Of a DNA stretch of 64,000 nt, positions 1-12,949 are shown one piece after another. Positions within the stretch are counted from its first letter, which is position 1, and each line of letters opens with the position of its first letter. The notes beneath the pieces were generated by a model that had not been told where the DNA came from, searched no databases, and worked only from the letters and a program-made list of their open reading frames with translations. A program made the translations under genes and the position numbers. Source of the stretch: Octopus vulgaris (lineage: Eukaryota); assembly GCA_951406725.2 (NCBI GenBank), contig OX597816.1:169198001-169262000 (forward strand). Reading direction: 5' to 3'.

Positions 1-95
1 ACACCTTGGGCAAGTATTTTCTGCTCTAGCCTCGGGCCAACCAAAAACCTTGTGTGCGGATTTGGTTGACGGAAACTGAAAGAAGCAGGTCGTGT
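1..95 (+). mobile_element. Partial tRNA-derived CORE-type SINE (family A)
   Basis: ACCTTGGGCAAGT core followed by GGATTTGGTTGACGGAAACTGAAAGAAG, matching full copies elsewhere (e.g. 33429-33836). Confidence 0.8.
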
Positions 96-120
96 GTATA
101 TATATATATATATATATAGC

Positions 121-1000
121 CATCTTCCCGAAAAACATAATTGAAAGAGAGCTGGCATACTATATGCCAGATATTAAATATATTTCACGGGGGTCAAATA
201 TGCAACGGTGTGGTTGCTATTTGACTCCCCCGAAGAAGCTTGCGAATTCGCAAGCCAGCCTCTGGAGAGCAGTAAAATTTTGTTCCTTCCCACTTATTGT
301 GGGAAGAAGTTGACGAGGGCTTGGGTCTGCGGTTTGCCACCCGGAATTGAGCCCGAGTGGATAGAGGATTCTATCCGCCGGGGTCTGGGTGGCAGCAGTA
401 CCAAGCTACTCAATGTAAAAATTTTGTCTGCGGATGATTGGGAGGAGTCAAAAGCTGTTTTGACCCTATGGACCCAATCAGCCGAAAATCTGGTTTTTCC
501 AGATTTTTTTAAGGATGGCCGGGTCTAGGTATCCGGTGATACTTGAGGGACGCCCCCACCCCAAGTATCACCTGTGCCTGGAACCCGGTCATATCAAGAA
601 GAACTGCCCCAAGGACCAAAATAGGATCCTGGAGCAGATAACAGAAGTACTACTCACTGCTCCCTCAGTGGAAGCCTCTTCGAAAAAAAGGAAGAAAACG
701 AAAGGTGGGCAACAATGGTTGCCCACCGAAGGAACCAAGGGCTGCGAGATGAAGGGAGGATCTGCTGGTCAAGGCGGAGGAACTCCACCGTCCCGTGGCT
801 CAAAGGAAAAAAAAATTTTTTTTAATGGGACATCGCCTGCGGTTGGTGATGCACTGCCGGTGTGTCCCGAAGCATCTTTGGTGGGAGTTGTGTCACCAGA
901 GATGGAGACTATACAGCCCCTTCGTTATATGGAGGAGGAATTTGTGGTTCTGGGGCTGATTTGTATTAATAAAACCCTTCAAGACGGTTTCCCAGCATGA
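121..1000 (+). pseudogene. L1/Tx1-clade LINE ORF1 (gag-like) remnant, frameshifted
   Basis: ORFs 208-528 and 515-1000; degenerate CCHC knuckle YHLCLEPGHIKKNCP; LPTYCG..VCGLPPGIEPEWI parallels LPTHLG..VGDLPPEVDSTWM at 30716-31249. Confidence 0.6.
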
Positions 1001-2467
1001 CTGCAGTCAAATGGCTGAAACATGTAAAAGAGAAAAGATAAAAGATACAAAAAATAACCCCCCACCACTCTTTTCTTAGTTCTCATCCCAACCAGTTTCC
1101 ATCTCTATAATATCTTCCTTTGTAAACTACTTACAGCATCATCCACCGCTTTAATTCTGTATATCAATGATCTCACTTTCTTCAGCTTAAGCCATATTCA
1201 CCTTACCAATGATGATACCAACCAACCTCTGACTTTATGTATTCTTACTCAATTTTAAACTGAAGAGACTTCACATCCTGCAACGTATCAAATTTTCTGA
1301 AAAGTTTCCATCAACAATCATCCTTATACAAACCTGTGCTGATCGTCTGCCACTAGTTTACCAAGGTAGCTACTTGGCTTTCTCTTTCTAGACTCCCTCT
1401 GATGCTGGTGGCATCGATTTGATGTCACTATCCTGAATTTATTCAAACGTCTCTTCCCTCGAAATATGTGGCCTTAAATCTATGCTAGAAATAAACTTCT
1501 AGTGTTTCCAGTTCGAACATATGTCTTGCATTCCATATACATACATCGTCCATACATAATTTTATCAACTCATAGCAGGCCTGCACATCTTCCATTAGGA
1601 TAGACTTTCAACAGACCTTTGTGTTTAACAGTTTAGTTACATGAAGAAGGACAATGTGCATGATCTTTTCAGCGTGTTTCTGACTGGTGGAAGCACTTAT
1701 TCTGAGGTCAAAACTTTGGCTTGACTGTTTGAGACAGATTGTTGCCTTAAACTGGGCAATGGATTAAGTCTCCTTTCCTTTAAGAGGAAAACCGCCCCCA
1801 ACGCACTTCCACACATTTTTTTGTTTATCAAATATTCTTCGCAAGATTATGGCGGAAAACACTTTCCAATCGTACTGCATAATGGAATCGAACCAGAAAT
1901 CACGTACTTGATAAACGAACTTCGTAAGCACATAGCTATGATGCATCCATCTTGCAATAGAAGCTCTACAATCTTGTACAGCAGTCAATTTAATCTCTCT
2001 GACTCGGGAAATCTTCATCATACCGATATATCATACAAAATTAATTAATCTATATGTTACATGTGATATTGTGTAATTTTCCTCCGAGACCAATTGCTAA
2101 ATACTAACCATCCGATGGTTTATTATGGACATTACCTGACAAATAAACAGTCAGACGTAGGAGAGCAGGGTGGTTCAAACTGTCAACGTTTGTAACCTTA
2201 GGTTGAATATTTAAAATGAATAGTTTCATTTAAAATAAGAACGAGTGGGTTTTACGTTGTCGCACGACAACACCCGAATCTCCTTCAAATCACTTTCTAT
2301 CACCTTTAAAAAGAACATGTTGGATCACTTGGCTCTGAGTTCCTTGCGGATCTGAAAAAGAGGAAATCGCCAAGGTTGGCATGTCTCTAGTTTTAGGCCT
2401 GCTCGGTCAGATTTTACTTGGGGCTAAACAGCTGTAACAATAACTAGTTGCATCATTCTCTTTAATA

Positions 2468-2855
2468 GTGGAAGCGCAATGGCCCAGTGGTTAGGGCAGC
2501 GGACTCGCGGTTGTAGAATCGCGGTTTCGATTCCCAGACCGGGAATTGTGAGTGTTTATTGAGCGAAAACACCTAAAGCTTCACAAGGCTCCTGCAGGGG
2601 GTGGCAGGTAAACCCTGCTGTACTCTTTCACCACAACTTTCTCTCACTCTTTCTTCCTGTTTCTGTTGTACCTGTATTTCAAAGGGCCAGCCTTGTCACA
2701 CTCTGTGTCACGCTGAATCTCCTCGAGAACTACGTTAAGGGTGCACGTGTCTGTGGAGTGCTCAGCCACTTGCAACGTTAATTCCACGAGCAGGCTGTTC
2801 CGTTGATCGTATCAGCTGGGACCCTCATCGTCGTAACCGACGGAGTGCTCCTACC
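2468..2855 (+). mobile_element. tRNA-derived SINE (head B, tail 1), full length
   Basis: A box TGGCCCAGTGG, B box GTTTCGATTCC; TSD TCTCTTTAATA (2457-2467 / 2856-2866); near-identical to 62759-63152. Confidence 0.9.
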
Positions 2856-4139
2856 TCTCTTTAATAACTCACAAAATAAACGAAAAGATTCACATTTACT
2901 CTCTAATTGAATACGTTTAATTCTTTAAATATTTTTTATCCTTTTACGCTATGTAAGTAATTAAGATTGCCGTTGAAATATATTGAATTTGCGCATTAAT
3001 CATTCAAAGAATAAAACCCAGAAGGGACTGTGAAGGAATGATCTAAAAAGGTTGATGTATAGATCAGGTAAGAGCAACAACGTCAAAACTATAATCAAGT
3101 CTTATCAGAGATCATTTTGTCTGTGATGTTTCGAATTTTCTTTTGATGTTAATGATAAAAACTTGTGAATATTGCCAAGTATACCAATGTCAGGAAAAAA
3201 AAAAAAGGATGTGAATTTCTTTGTCACATCAAAATATGAGTCAATATTGATCTACAGAAACTATCACTGTCCAATTTTCGAGAATATCGCTGATTATCGG
3301 ATGACGTTTCGAAAGGCGAAGAAAAAAATTTCTTACTTGCTTTTTCTTACCCTCATCTTCGAAGCAACCGTTGTGTTTCAATTATAGAATTTCAATCCTC
3401 AAAATGGTCATGACATTGTATAAGGTACATCTGGGAAAATATCGATCATTTCCAGTATTCTGTAAATCGCAATATTTAAAATTCTTTTTAGAGTTTAAAG
3501 AAATAATTCACAATAGAATGACGATCAGCAAAATCCATGTGTAAGCATCGTTTCACATCTAAAGCTGAACCTAACATAATGTTGGAAATATTTCGAATCA
3601 GAATTACTGACGTCATATCAAGGAAAGATATTGCTTAGTGGCAGCTTTATTTACAGAGTCATTTTATAAAATGTTACTTATCCTCGTTTCTTATATATTT
3701 ATTTTTATCCAAAGAATTAAATTTTATTCTCATTCTCAAAATTCTATAGATTTTAAATCTAAGGTACACCAAGTGAACAAAAATGCGTTTGCTATAATTC
3801 TAACCATGTGAATATTATAATAATTCTTATAGTGTTTAATTAACGCAATAAACGTGAACTTTATAATTATTTGTTCGATCTGTATATCTCAGATAGAAAA
3901 CAAATAACAATAAAATAATCCCTAACATTAATCGATTAAATCTGTTCAAATACTTGGCTGGTAATTATTTTATTTACCCCAAAAAAGCATGCTTTACTAA
4001 TTTTATCATCCACTATAAAATGTATTTTATCGTAAGAGCCGTGTTTCTCTCTCGGTCCATCATACGCTCACATCAAAATGATTTTCAATTATCTTGATTT
4101 CTAATTTCTTAATCAAGGAGGAAAGTAATACCTGTAAGC

Positions 4140-4462
4140 CGTCTCATGACATCTTGAGTGTCAGGTGGGGGTATTCACCCAAATAGGCCGCGTTGGGATT
4201 TGAACTCAGAAGCATCGAAGGTCTTTCCCGAGCCATATGCTCATAAGGTCGACCTCCTGGATTATGTAGCGTATATATTGTAACCCCTCCCTGGACGGGA
4301 CGCCAAATCCGTCGAGGAATACTCATTTTTGCCAGCTGAGTCGACTGGAACAATGTGAAATGAAGTATTTTGTTCAAGAACACAACGCATCACCCGGTCT
4401 AGGAATCGAAACCACAATCTTATTATCATGGGTACAATGCCCTAACCACTAAGCCACGCACC
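4140..4462 (-). mobile_element. tRNA-derived SINE (head C with tail-3-like body), diverged
   Basis: Minus strand GCGTGGCTTAGTGGTTAGGGC...GGTTTCGATTCC; CTCAGCTGGCAAAAATGAGT box shared with 26015; related copy ~20310-20478. Confidence 0.7.
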
Positions 4463-5288
4463 AACAGAATGATGTGAACTCAAAAGGCAAATAGAAGTAA
4501 CCAATGCTGTAAAGCGCATGTTCTATCGTTCTTTCAGTTTCAAAGTGAATAGGCACTTTTTTTGCTAATCGATTCGAGAGGCAAAAATTGACATTGGCAG
4601 TATTTGAACTTAGAACGCAGAGACTCGGAGCAAGTGCTGCATGGGGGTGGGGGGGTGTCTGTGTCACGCTCTAACAGATCAGCCAATTCGCTACCAGTTG
4701 TAAAGAAATAAAAATAAAAACAACCAGTGAACTTAATTCCTTTGTGCAAAGTAAGAAAAAACATGGTTTATGTCAGATTTTTCCTCACACTCCATTGAAA
4801 AATAAAGTGGCCACCAATATTTCACTCTCAAATGCAATAAACTCTATGATGAAAGTAAAAAAAAAATGACAAGACGGGGATGACAGGAAGAAGAAAGGGA
4901 AAGAAATAGCGACACATTTAAAATACTGTAAACGTATCTTATTTCAATTTCTTCCTTCGACCACTTGAAATTACCTATTTTTGAGGTGGGTAAATTATTT
5001 TACTGAAACCGTCTATCAGTAAAAGAGTCAATTCTCTTATTTGTCAGGTAAATATATAATTTTCGCCTAAGTATTTACTGATATAAATCATTGGTGGAAA
5101 TTAGAATAAAGATAGTGAAAGCATTCCTTATATGAATAAAAATAATCACTGTTTATGTATAAGTAAGTTTTAGCAAGATTATTTCATTGAAATGTTATGT
5201 TAATAATATGAGCAAAATGATTATAAAACGTCCACTATGAAATTCATCGTCAGACCTTTTTACATCATGAAAATCAAGACATATTCGC

Positions 5289-5722
5289 GAATTATTTACA
5301 TTATTTACATTTGACGGATATTTGTCCTCATCTTGTTTGTTGTTAACACAACGTGAATTTTTAGGGCTTATAAATCTAATATTTTCCTATCCTTCCTTAA
5401 TACCAGTTCCCATATGCTATTAATCTCGGTCTGATTAGGAGGTTGTTGTGGCTTAGTGGTTAAGAGTACGAGCTACTAACCCCAAGATTCCGAGTACGAT
5501 TCCAGGCTGTGACCTGATTAATAATAGTAATAATAATAATAATAATAACATCGAAAAATACCTTTAGAATGAGAACCCAGGTTCGAAATTTCCTCAAGAC
5601 AACCTGATTAAGGTTGGAGGGTATAACAGCCGAAACGTTGTGTTAACAACAAACAAGATGAGAGCAAATATCCATCAAATGTAAATAATGTAAATAATTC
5701 CTCATCTCTTAAATATAGAATT
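5289..5722 (+). mobile_element. tRNA-headed element with HHR-like tail and 5' inverted copy of the tail (Penelope-type non-autonomous element)
   Basis: A box TGGCTTAGTGG 5449-5459, B-like GAGTACGATTCC 5492-5503, (AAT)n, HHR-like 5598-5644; 5289-5354 is the reverse complement of 5635-5700. Confidence 0.7.
5598..5644 (+). ncRNA. Minimal type-I hammerhead motif, degenerate (G8>U)
   Basis: GACAAC CTGATTA A GGTTG-loop-CAGCC GAAAC GTT GTGTT. Confidence 0.55.
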
Positions 5723-7861
5723 GTTAGCGAATCTTATTCAGTCAGGTATATGGCATGCGCCTCTTCACCACTACCATGATTGAAGTCGGGAATTGAATTA
5801 CAAATTTCGGGCTATCGGCGACTAAACAATGATGAATTCTGAGAAGTCACAGCCTTAGTACTACGGACGTAACCATTGCCTCCGAGGACAAAAGTAATAA
5901 TATTAACACTGAATATCCCGAAAACAAAGACAGCAGAGAATGTCTTTATGGGGATAAATCTACACATAGAGAAGAGGGTCCCTTTAACCTTGGCTGGTAA
6001 GCCCTTAAAGATGAAAACAGGCCCTAACACCAATAATAAATACAGAATATATAAATATAGGAATATAAATAAAACAAAACATACAGGCAACCCGCCCCAC
6101 GCATGAGAAACCGTCACCGGAATTTGATCAGAGCACCACCCGACTCTCATCAAATTCTGCCTCCATCTACTTCATATCCAAACACTCATAATGTTCATTC
6201 TCGAAGATGCCTCGGAAAATCCCCTAGCCCCCACCCCCGCTGACGGCTAAGGTATAATTTCATAGACACTTAAATTAGTTCTTATATGTTGTCTGTTGTT
6301 TGTAAATTCCACGTACCTCTGCTCCTGTCCTCCTCAATCTGTACTTTATCTTTTCCTACACAATTGCATCATTATTGTTGTTGGTATGTCATGTTTGTAA
6401 CTGACTGTATTCGTGAGTTTATATATTTCTTTCATTCTTCTTTTGTTATTTTTTTCATTAAACGTCGTTTATTTTGTTAAAATTCGTTTTCATGTAATCA
6501 GATTTATCTTTTATATTTAATTCTAAGTTTTTGGAAGACGTGCTACTTATTTTTTATTAATATCTCTTCAACAGAGGAAACTATATTGAATCAAATGTAA
6601 ACACACGAAAAATACTTTCAGAAAAATAAAATAATGTCTGACGGGCATATTTTATGTTTACTTCTCATATGGAGGTGGACGTACACGTGTTACAAAGTCT
6701 CCTGTTTGAAAAAAAACATGTTAGTCTAGAAAATTCAGGAGAAGAATTCAGTTTTCTAAGAGCGATCTAAATACTTCAAAATACACACTGGAAAAAAAAT
6801 TGTTGGTCTGAAAAGTGGTGGCGATTCTTTGAACAAAAACAGTTTGACTTCAACACGAAACAATTTTGTCAAAACAAACACTTGTATGTACACTTCTTCT
6901 ACACAATATAGAGGAACGAAACACAAGAATACGGACGCGGGTTCTTGTCCTGTTGTCATCTTTGCAACATAGTACAGGCAAATGGTGAGTTCTGTGGTAA
7001 CATACTACACCATGTGCTCGATTACGGTGTGCATGGACATGCAGATCCTTATGAATCCTTGAAGGTCACAAGGCTATTCCGAAGTTATACGTCATTGTGG
7101 AAAGGCAATCAGTTTGGGGGTACAAAGCAGAAAGAACAGTTGCTACATGTGTAGGAGTAACAACAACTGGAATGCGTTTTGCCCGGAAGAGTTGGAAAAG
7201 GAGAGGAGATAAGATGATGAATAATAGTGGAGGTAACAAAAGAAAACTCATCTCCGAAAAAGACAGCCCTGTTCATACCACTAGAGCATTGGGATAAAAA
7301 AGTAAACATGATCAAAGATAAACTTGGGACTAATATAGTGAATTATCAAAGTGTTATTTCAGTTGAATATTACATCCAACACGAGTTTCTGAGGGGAAAA
7401 GGGATGAGGAACATGAATTCCAAACACGTTAGCGAATGTGTTGAAATTCATAATAAACAGTAACAAGATTCCAAAAATAGAATTAGGAAAATTAATAGAA
7501 AGAATACACAGAGAAAAACGAAATGAAACAACTAACTACTCATAAAAAATAACGACCCACAAACTAATGAAAATAATGCAAAAGAACGCGCAACATACAA
7601 AAAGCTAAAACTTTATGAAAGAGAGCAACGCAACAGAAACGATTATGCATCGATAAAGAAGTCACGAAATAAACAAAGAAACTTTACAGTAAATCAAAAG
7701 CATGCAAAAGTAACAATGAACTAAAACCTAAAATGAATATAAAAATCAGAGAAGTCCCCGTGGAAATATACAGCAGAAGACATATAATCGACCTTAACAA
7801 CAAGAACAAAATCCCATACCAATATAGATCATTCAGAGTTAACATCGATGAAGACCTAACA

Positions 7862-8259
7862 TCTTTATATATAAAAGTGAGGTTGTGTGCTGTCTGTTTC
7901 CTACGATTTAGATTCCTAACTACTCCCACATTTTGCGGTGCAGTGTAACCAAAAGCAGGTATCTTATAGTCGTGATTCATATCGAGCCCTTCTGGGTATT
8001 AGCGCGCGTCTACGATGAGTCTACGATTTAAAAAAAAAATTACCATAATTTTTTCCCATTTTTAATCCATTTTTTTGCTATTATATAAGGGAAGTAACTC
8101 TCTAAAAATGTATTATTAAATCTCAGAACGTAAAAAACTACAGTAACACTCCCCTTTGTGGTTAGCCATATTGAGATGGCTATTATACTTTACATCTCTA
8201 AAAATGCTTATATAGTTATTTCCCTTACAAACCCGAGCAACGCCGGGCGATACTGCTAG
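7862..8259 (+). mobile_element. Non-autonomous Helitron (family H1)
   Basis: 5' TCTTTATATATAAAAG; 3' hairpin CCCGAGCAACGCCGGG (8232-8247) then CTAG; inserted between A and T with no TSD. Confidence 0.8.
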
Positions 8260-8423
8260 TAAATAATAAAGAAAATAGAAGAAAGCTTTACAAAATCGTT
8301 TAATACGGATCAACTTAAACTCCTGCTAAAGCTACATTCACCATGGGGTTCTATGAAAGAACGATTAAAAGCAACATGTCCCAACAAGAAATTATGTATA
8401 CGCTTGTATACCAGGAGAATATC

Positions 8424-8645
8424 TATTTCTTTACTACCCACAAGGGGCTAAACACAGAGAGGACAAACAAGGACAGACAAACGGATTAAGTCGATTATAT
8501 CGACCCCAGTGCGTAACTGGTACTTATTTTAATCGACCCCGAAAGGATGAAAGGCAAAGTCGACCTCGGCGGAATTTGAACTCAGAACGTAACGGCAGAC
8601 GAAATACGACTACGCATTTCGCCCGGCGTGCTAACGTTTCTGCCA
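8424..8645 (-). mobile_element. Meta-type SINE (family M), 5'-truncated
   Basis: GACTTTGCCTTTCATCCTTTCGGGGTCG core on the minus strand; 13-bp TSD CCAGGAGAATATC. Confidence 0.85.
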
Positions 8646-8746
8646 CCAGGAGAATATCAATAGACTGAATAAGTCAATCATTCATAAGTGGTTATATGGA
8701 GGGAAGACGGGCTTGATCCTAATAGAGCCTGATCATTATCAGAGAA

Positions 8747-9145
8747 TCTATTATATAAAATCCGTTCTGTCTGTGTGTCTGTGTGTCTTCTAGGATCTCG
8801 GGCATCCTCTATCCGATTGCGCTCAAATTTGATATGTAGATACCGACGGTATCAGGGCATGTATAAGTCTTGAAAAATTTACAAAATCGATTCCAGGTGA
8901 GAATGCGATCGATTAAGCCGTGGGAACGTGCATTTGTACGCGCAAGTACATCAGCTTTTGTGATCGATACTACGCGTACGTGAGAAAAATGCACGTGCAA
9001 TTTGCGCCCCCCCCCCCAAAAAAAAGGCCGGCTGGCTTGAAATAATGCCACAAAATGGGACGGTCGGACAAGGTGTTTTGAGAAAATTTGGTTGAAATGT
9101 TTGACAACTCAGCACCATCCATTGGACGGGGGGCGTTTTACTCTA
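8747..9145 (+). mobile_element. Non-autonomous Helitron (family H2), short copy
   Basis: 5' TCTATTATATAAAATCCG after A; 3' CCATCCATTGGACGG hairpin; homologous to 37782-38595. Confidence 0.65.
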
Positions 9146-9240
9146 AGACCTAGCTTTACTAAGAGGAAAGGTCAAATATGGAAACCTAAAAAGCACCCAG
9201 ATAATTGAAAAACGTATTGAGAAAAAAAGATACCCTAGAA

Positions 9241-9928
9241 CAGAGGTTCTCAACAAAGGTTCACATGACCTTTGTGGGTTCATATAAAGATTTTGTTGTT
9301 AACATTTATGAGCAATAAATTGATTATACCTCTATAATACACAAAGCATTTTAACAATATTTTTATATAAAATTCCTAATAATATTTAATTATAAAAATA
9401 GGATCTTTTCGGTTTGAACGGCAGTTTTTACCATAATTTCTAGATAACTAAAAAATTTTAAACTTCGTATACTGGTAGAATGTGTTTATAAAACATCTTT
9501 TTCTCTTGGCTTTATTGAGAAAATTCTATAGTTTGTAAGATATTTGTTGTTTTTTTCTTCAATTTCTGCAATTTCAACCAATCACTGACGTCTATTGAGG
9601 TGAAAACATTCTGTGCCGTATGAATATTTCCCTCGTTTAAGAAACAGATTGGGTTTATTTACATTTGTGAAGAAAAAAAGATATCCTTCCCCCACTCCTA
9701 ACCCTAACTAACCCTAACTAACCCTAACCCTAAAACAGATTGAAATGCAATAGATCGATACTAGTGTCATATTTATGGGTGACAATTTCATATGACACCG
9801 CAAGAAAAAAACTGCCGTTCAAACAGAAAATATCCTAAAAATATAATATGACTTTTTTAACATGAGAGCCCAGTAGAGTATAATAGGCATCAACGATGTT
9901 CATAGGTAAAAAATGGCTGAGAACTAGT
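9241..9928. mobile_element. Degenerate hAT-like MITE hosting a younger MITE
   Basis: Termini CAGAGGTTCTCAAC ... GCTGAGAACTAGT; related 5' end at ~13833. Confidence 0.45.
9401..9835. mobile_element. MITE with GGATCTTTTCGGTTTGAACGGCAG TIRs and internal CCCTAA repeats
   Basis: ~29-bp TIRs; 8-bp TSD TAAAAATA; copies at 47819-48232 and 56641-57062. Confidence 0.9.
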
Positions 9929-10067
9929 ACACTAGAAAAAAAAAAAGAATGGTTTAAACAAATCATATTAACAAAATTAGGCGGGATTGGCAGCTTTGGA
10001 AGAAGTGAGCGCTTCATTCAAGGAAAAACGGTAATTGATTTACAGACAAAACGATTTTATAGGGATA

Positions 10068-10100
10068 CTAGCAGTATAGCCCGGCGTTGCTCAGGTTTGT
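10068..10100 (-). mobile_element. Helitron H1 3' terminus (fragment)
   Basis: Minus strand ACAAACCTGAGCAACGCCGGGCTATACTGCTAG|T, as at 8227-8260. Confidence 0.7.
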
Positions 10101-12225
10101 TTTTTTAGTTGCGCTTAAAACGGCAAACTTTGATGTCGCGTTAACAAAGTTTTGACATAGCTTCGGTCCCGTCTTCCGCGGCTGGATAGCCGCTTTGTAC
10201 AGAGGCATCCGTTCGGTAATTCGCGTAAATGGACATCTATCGAGACCTTTCGACATCGCCCGTTCGGTCCGTCAGGGATGCCCCCTCTCGTCGCTTCTAT
10301 ACGTATTGACTCTCCAGCCATTATTGCGGAAGCTGGCAACTTTGAGGGGCATCCCGCGAGAACTGGGATGCGGGACGAGCGTGTCTGCATACGCGGACGA
10401 CGTCACCGTCATAGTGTCTAGCCACGAGCACATCGAGCAGGTCGGCGAGACACTGAAAAACTACGAAGCGGTGACAGGAGCAAAAATCAACCGGGAAAAG
10501 TCAGTGTGCTTGCGACTAGGCACCTGGAGAAGCAAGCCCATGCCGTCCACCAGCGCCTCCGTCGTGGGACGCTGGACCGACGGCCCGGTCTGGTTCGGTC
10601 CGGACCTCCAAGTGGAGAAGAACTGGAACGAGATAATGAGTAGGGTGGTCACTCTCGCCCGGCAATGGGCCGGCAATGGGCCGAGAGGAAACTGTCCCTA
10701 AAAGGTCGGGCGGAGGTAGCGAACACGTACATCGCATCCGTCATCTACTACCGCCTGACCGTCGTACCTTGTCCCGACCCTACCATCACCAAACTAGAAC
10801 GCATTCTCTTTAGCTTCTTGTGGAAAGGATGCGTCCTGATGGTCAGGCGATCCATTTGCTGTCAACACCCGTTAAAAGGACGACTGGGCATGCCGTGGTT
10901 GATGATGCGCAGACACGCGCTGAGACTGCGACATCTCAGGCTCTTCGTAGACGACGGTGAACAGGTGTGGTCGCCGTTTGTGAGGCTCGCTTTCCCGCAG
11001 TTCGTCTCCATGACCGAACTGCAGTCGTGGATCAAAAAGAGGCCGAGGAAGGGCGAATGGCACCGCGAGTGTCGCGTTGCTCTCAAACAACTCTGCCGTC
11101 CTGGGTCGACCTTGAGTGACTTCATCACAACCAAAGCATTCTATAGGAGATTAGTGGAGGAGGTACGACGACGAGCTCGGGGCGAACCTGGACGTCGACG
11201 AGGAGTACCTGACCCGCCTGTTCGGGACGACTTTCGGGCCAGGGCCCATGGACAATTTCCAGAGAACCCTGGCCTGGCAGTGCTACCGAGAAGCGCTACC
11301 CGTTCGGGATAAGCTCTACAGACACGGCTCGAGAAACACGGGGCCGACCTGCCCGAGATGCGGTCAGAGCGACGAAACCGTTCTGCAAACACTCGTGCAG
11401 TGTCCAACAATTTCCGACCTGTGGGCTTATGCTGAACAACTGCTGTCACGTGTGGGACGAGTCGGTTTATCAGCTGAGTCTACCGTCAATATTGTCACGC
11501 CTCCTTCCTTCAAACGGGAAGAAAGAGCTATTTTCATCATCCTTGTGGCTATGGCGAAAGAATGTATCTGGTGGACGCGTCTGAAAGGATTGGAGACAAA
11601 CACTTTCCTCTCTGGGCAATCTCTCATCAACTTCTTCAAGTACCACTTGAAAAGGAAAGTGAGAGTAGAGAGGCAAGTTTTGTCTAGCGAATGTTTTAAA
11701 AAAAGATGGGTGAATGTAGCAAGGATGGCACGTATGAATGACGAAGCCACCTTGAGCATAATCCTATGAACCCAGAAATTGAAAACAGGGTTACTCACTT
11801 GCAAACAAATGTGGTAACATATAAGAATATTGACCAAGGTTACCGTGGTCTTTTTCGTAGGCTTTTCTTCCCACGGATAAACCTTACTTGCTTTCCCTTT
11901 TACACCATACATCATAACACTGTGATACACGATCCCTATTGATCGTTTTTTTTTTCTCTTCCCCTTTTTTCTTCTTTTTTTTTCATTTCTCTTTTCTTTT
12001 GTTCCTTTTCCTTTTTTTTTAAATTTTATTTTTTGTTCGTTTTTTTCCCTTTTACTATCCCTTTTGATCGAAAACCTACGCCACCTTTTTTTGTTTCTTT
12101 TGTTTTTTGTTTTTTGTTTTTTTCATCCCCCAAAAGAAAAGTTCTACCTTGTAACTTGTCCCATCTGTATGCAGCCCTGTGTGGCTAATAAAGAAACTTA
12201 TCTATCTATCTATCTATCGATCTAT
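10101..12225 (+). mobile_element. 5'-truncated L1/Tx1-clade LINE (RT C-half, zf-RVT, 3' UTR), frameshifted
   Basis: SVRQGCPLS, SAYADD, GAKINREKS, LSLKGR, CPRCGQSDETV..LVQC across ORFs 10195-10701, 10665-11312 and 11248-11769; 11-bp duplication GGCAATGGGCC at ~10661-10682 shifts the frame; T-rich UTR, AATAAA, (TATC)n. Confidence 0.9.
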
Positions 12226-12949
12226 CCATATAGCACGAAGCCACACACTACCCTGATTGTTATCTGCCTCTGAGATACGTCGCATTTTGAAACAAGCACG
12301 TCCGTATGACAAATATTCTCAACAGAAATGCCGTAGAAGGCTACTCTCTCGATAAAAAAGATATGATGGTAACGGTTAGAACGCTTTTGCTCATAGGTCT
12401 GTTCAATTAGGGCTGTTCTAAGGTTAAATTAAAACATCAATAACAATAAATTACCTTAAGCAACATACTAAAAACAAAAAACGTATAAAAGATGTTTACT
12501 ATTTCTGGAACAAAATTCTAATATCCTTTAATTGAAAATACAATTATATTTGAGTGATTTCCTTTATAAATGCTTTTACTGTATAGATTTCAGATAAAAT
12601 TAATCTTTTCAGTGTAGCTTTGAAACTATTTGAGTGATGGTGGTGGTGGGGGGGGGATATGAGGCGGTGGTTGCGATTGGAATTGAAATTTGTCATTTAT
12701 TGGGTGAAAGGAAACAAGCCAAAAAACTGCTGACAATTGTTAATTAGTCTCAAAGAGGAGAGATAGTTTCAAGGAATTTAGAATTAACTTCGCAGAAAAT
12801 TGAAGTTTTATTGTTTAAGGGGAAAATATCCGATCTTTATTAGCAGGAAAAATGGCAGCTACAGAAACTGTTTTGAGTCTAAGGAGATATAATCAGTAAA
12901 CGCTTTCGTCATGTCTAAAATATTGTTAAACTAAGAGCAAGAATCAGTG

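Noticed and set aside
2468-2545. tRNA genes at SINE heads (also 5440, 26015, 46369, 62759)
   Set aside because: A/B boxes continue into repeat bodies with TSDs, and there is no proper acceptor stem.
6900-7160. Possible host exon (ORF 6945-7154)
   Set aside because: No recognisable domain or convincing splice pair; may be a decayed LINE zinc-finger region.
9695-9733. Interstitial telomere
   Set aside because: The CCCTAA units are internal to a MITE found three times in the window.
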